Shown here: positions 63,778 through 64,000 of the stretch, in pieces | How positions within the stretch are numbered: position 1 is the first letter of the stretch | Layout of the letters: each line of letters begins with the position of its first letter | Source of the DNA: an uncultured Ruminococcus sp. | GTDB lineage: Bacteria; Bacillota; Clostridia; Oscillospirales; Ruminococcaceae | Assembly: GCA_900550695.1 (NCBI GenBank) | Contig: URTF01000001.1 | Coordinates: forward strand, 7,896 to 71,895 | Direction: 5' to 3' | Length of the DNA stretch: 64,000 bases | Program-made: the position numbers and the translations under genes | The notes under the pieces: model-generated | Told to the model about the DNA's origin: nothing | Seen by the model: the letters and a program-made list of their open reading frames with translations, nothing else | Database searches by the model: none

Positions 63778-64000
63778 ATGACGGAAAATGACGTGATCTT
63801 TGACAGAGATATCGCCCCCGACCGTGCGGAGCGAAAAAAGCTCCGCAGGCTTTACAACAAAGTCGGCGGTGCGATGGTTTTGCAGTATGTTCTGCTGTAT
63901 GTGATTTATTTTCTGCTCACGGTTCTGCTCACGCCGTTCATCACCGAGGAAACAAACCCCGAAACGGGACTGGAGATAGTCGGCTGGGCGGAAGAGCTTG
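63778..64000 (+). CDS. Hypothetical membrane protein, 5' part only (continues past window end)
   Basis: ATG at 63778 with an open frame to the window edge. A hydrophobic segment (MVLQYVLLYVIYFLLTVLL) is present. The ORF is not in the ORF track because it has no stop. Confidence 0.35.
   Translation, partial: MTENDVIFDRDIAPDRAERKKLRRLYNKVGGAMVLQYVLLYVIYFLLTVLLTPFITEETNPETGLEIVGWAEEL

Overview
This is a 64-kb chromosomal segment from a spore-forming, flagellated Firmicute, probably a Clostridia or Oscillospiraceae-like organism. That guess rests on gene content only (spoIIE, yabP-yabQ-divIC-yabR, spoVG, flgM-to-fliS). Most of the window is densely packed housekeeping DNA. It includes the htpG 3' end, glgBCDA, rny, a T-box followed by thrS, a late flagellar operon, pncB, coaD/rsmD, pyk, a PPi-type pfk, murC and lexA, plus one tRNA-Arg(CCG). 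The unusual content is almost all non-coding or small. (1) A tandem pair of type I toxin-antitoxin-like modules sits after htpG, with convergent perfect sigma-A promoters around a 28-aa hydrophobic peptide ORF. (2) A 100-134 bp MITE-like palindromic element is present in five copies with 3-bp target duplications, and one copy sits inside codon 6 of a P-loop gene. (3) A roughly 360-nt multi-hairpin repeat occurs as two diverged inverted copies 9.5 kb apart, with a third copy of its terminator hairpin. (4) A strand-specific TAATGCG heptamer array sits on or just after stop codons of at least six genes. A four-unit copy lies inside a promoter-to-terminator unit that looks like an sRNA gene. (5) A split HipA-like kinase module is paired with an AbrB-like/HipA-N-like fusion partner. 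No CRISPR array, rRNA, intact transposase or prophage was seen. All calls come from reading the sequence and the ORF translations; no database search was run.
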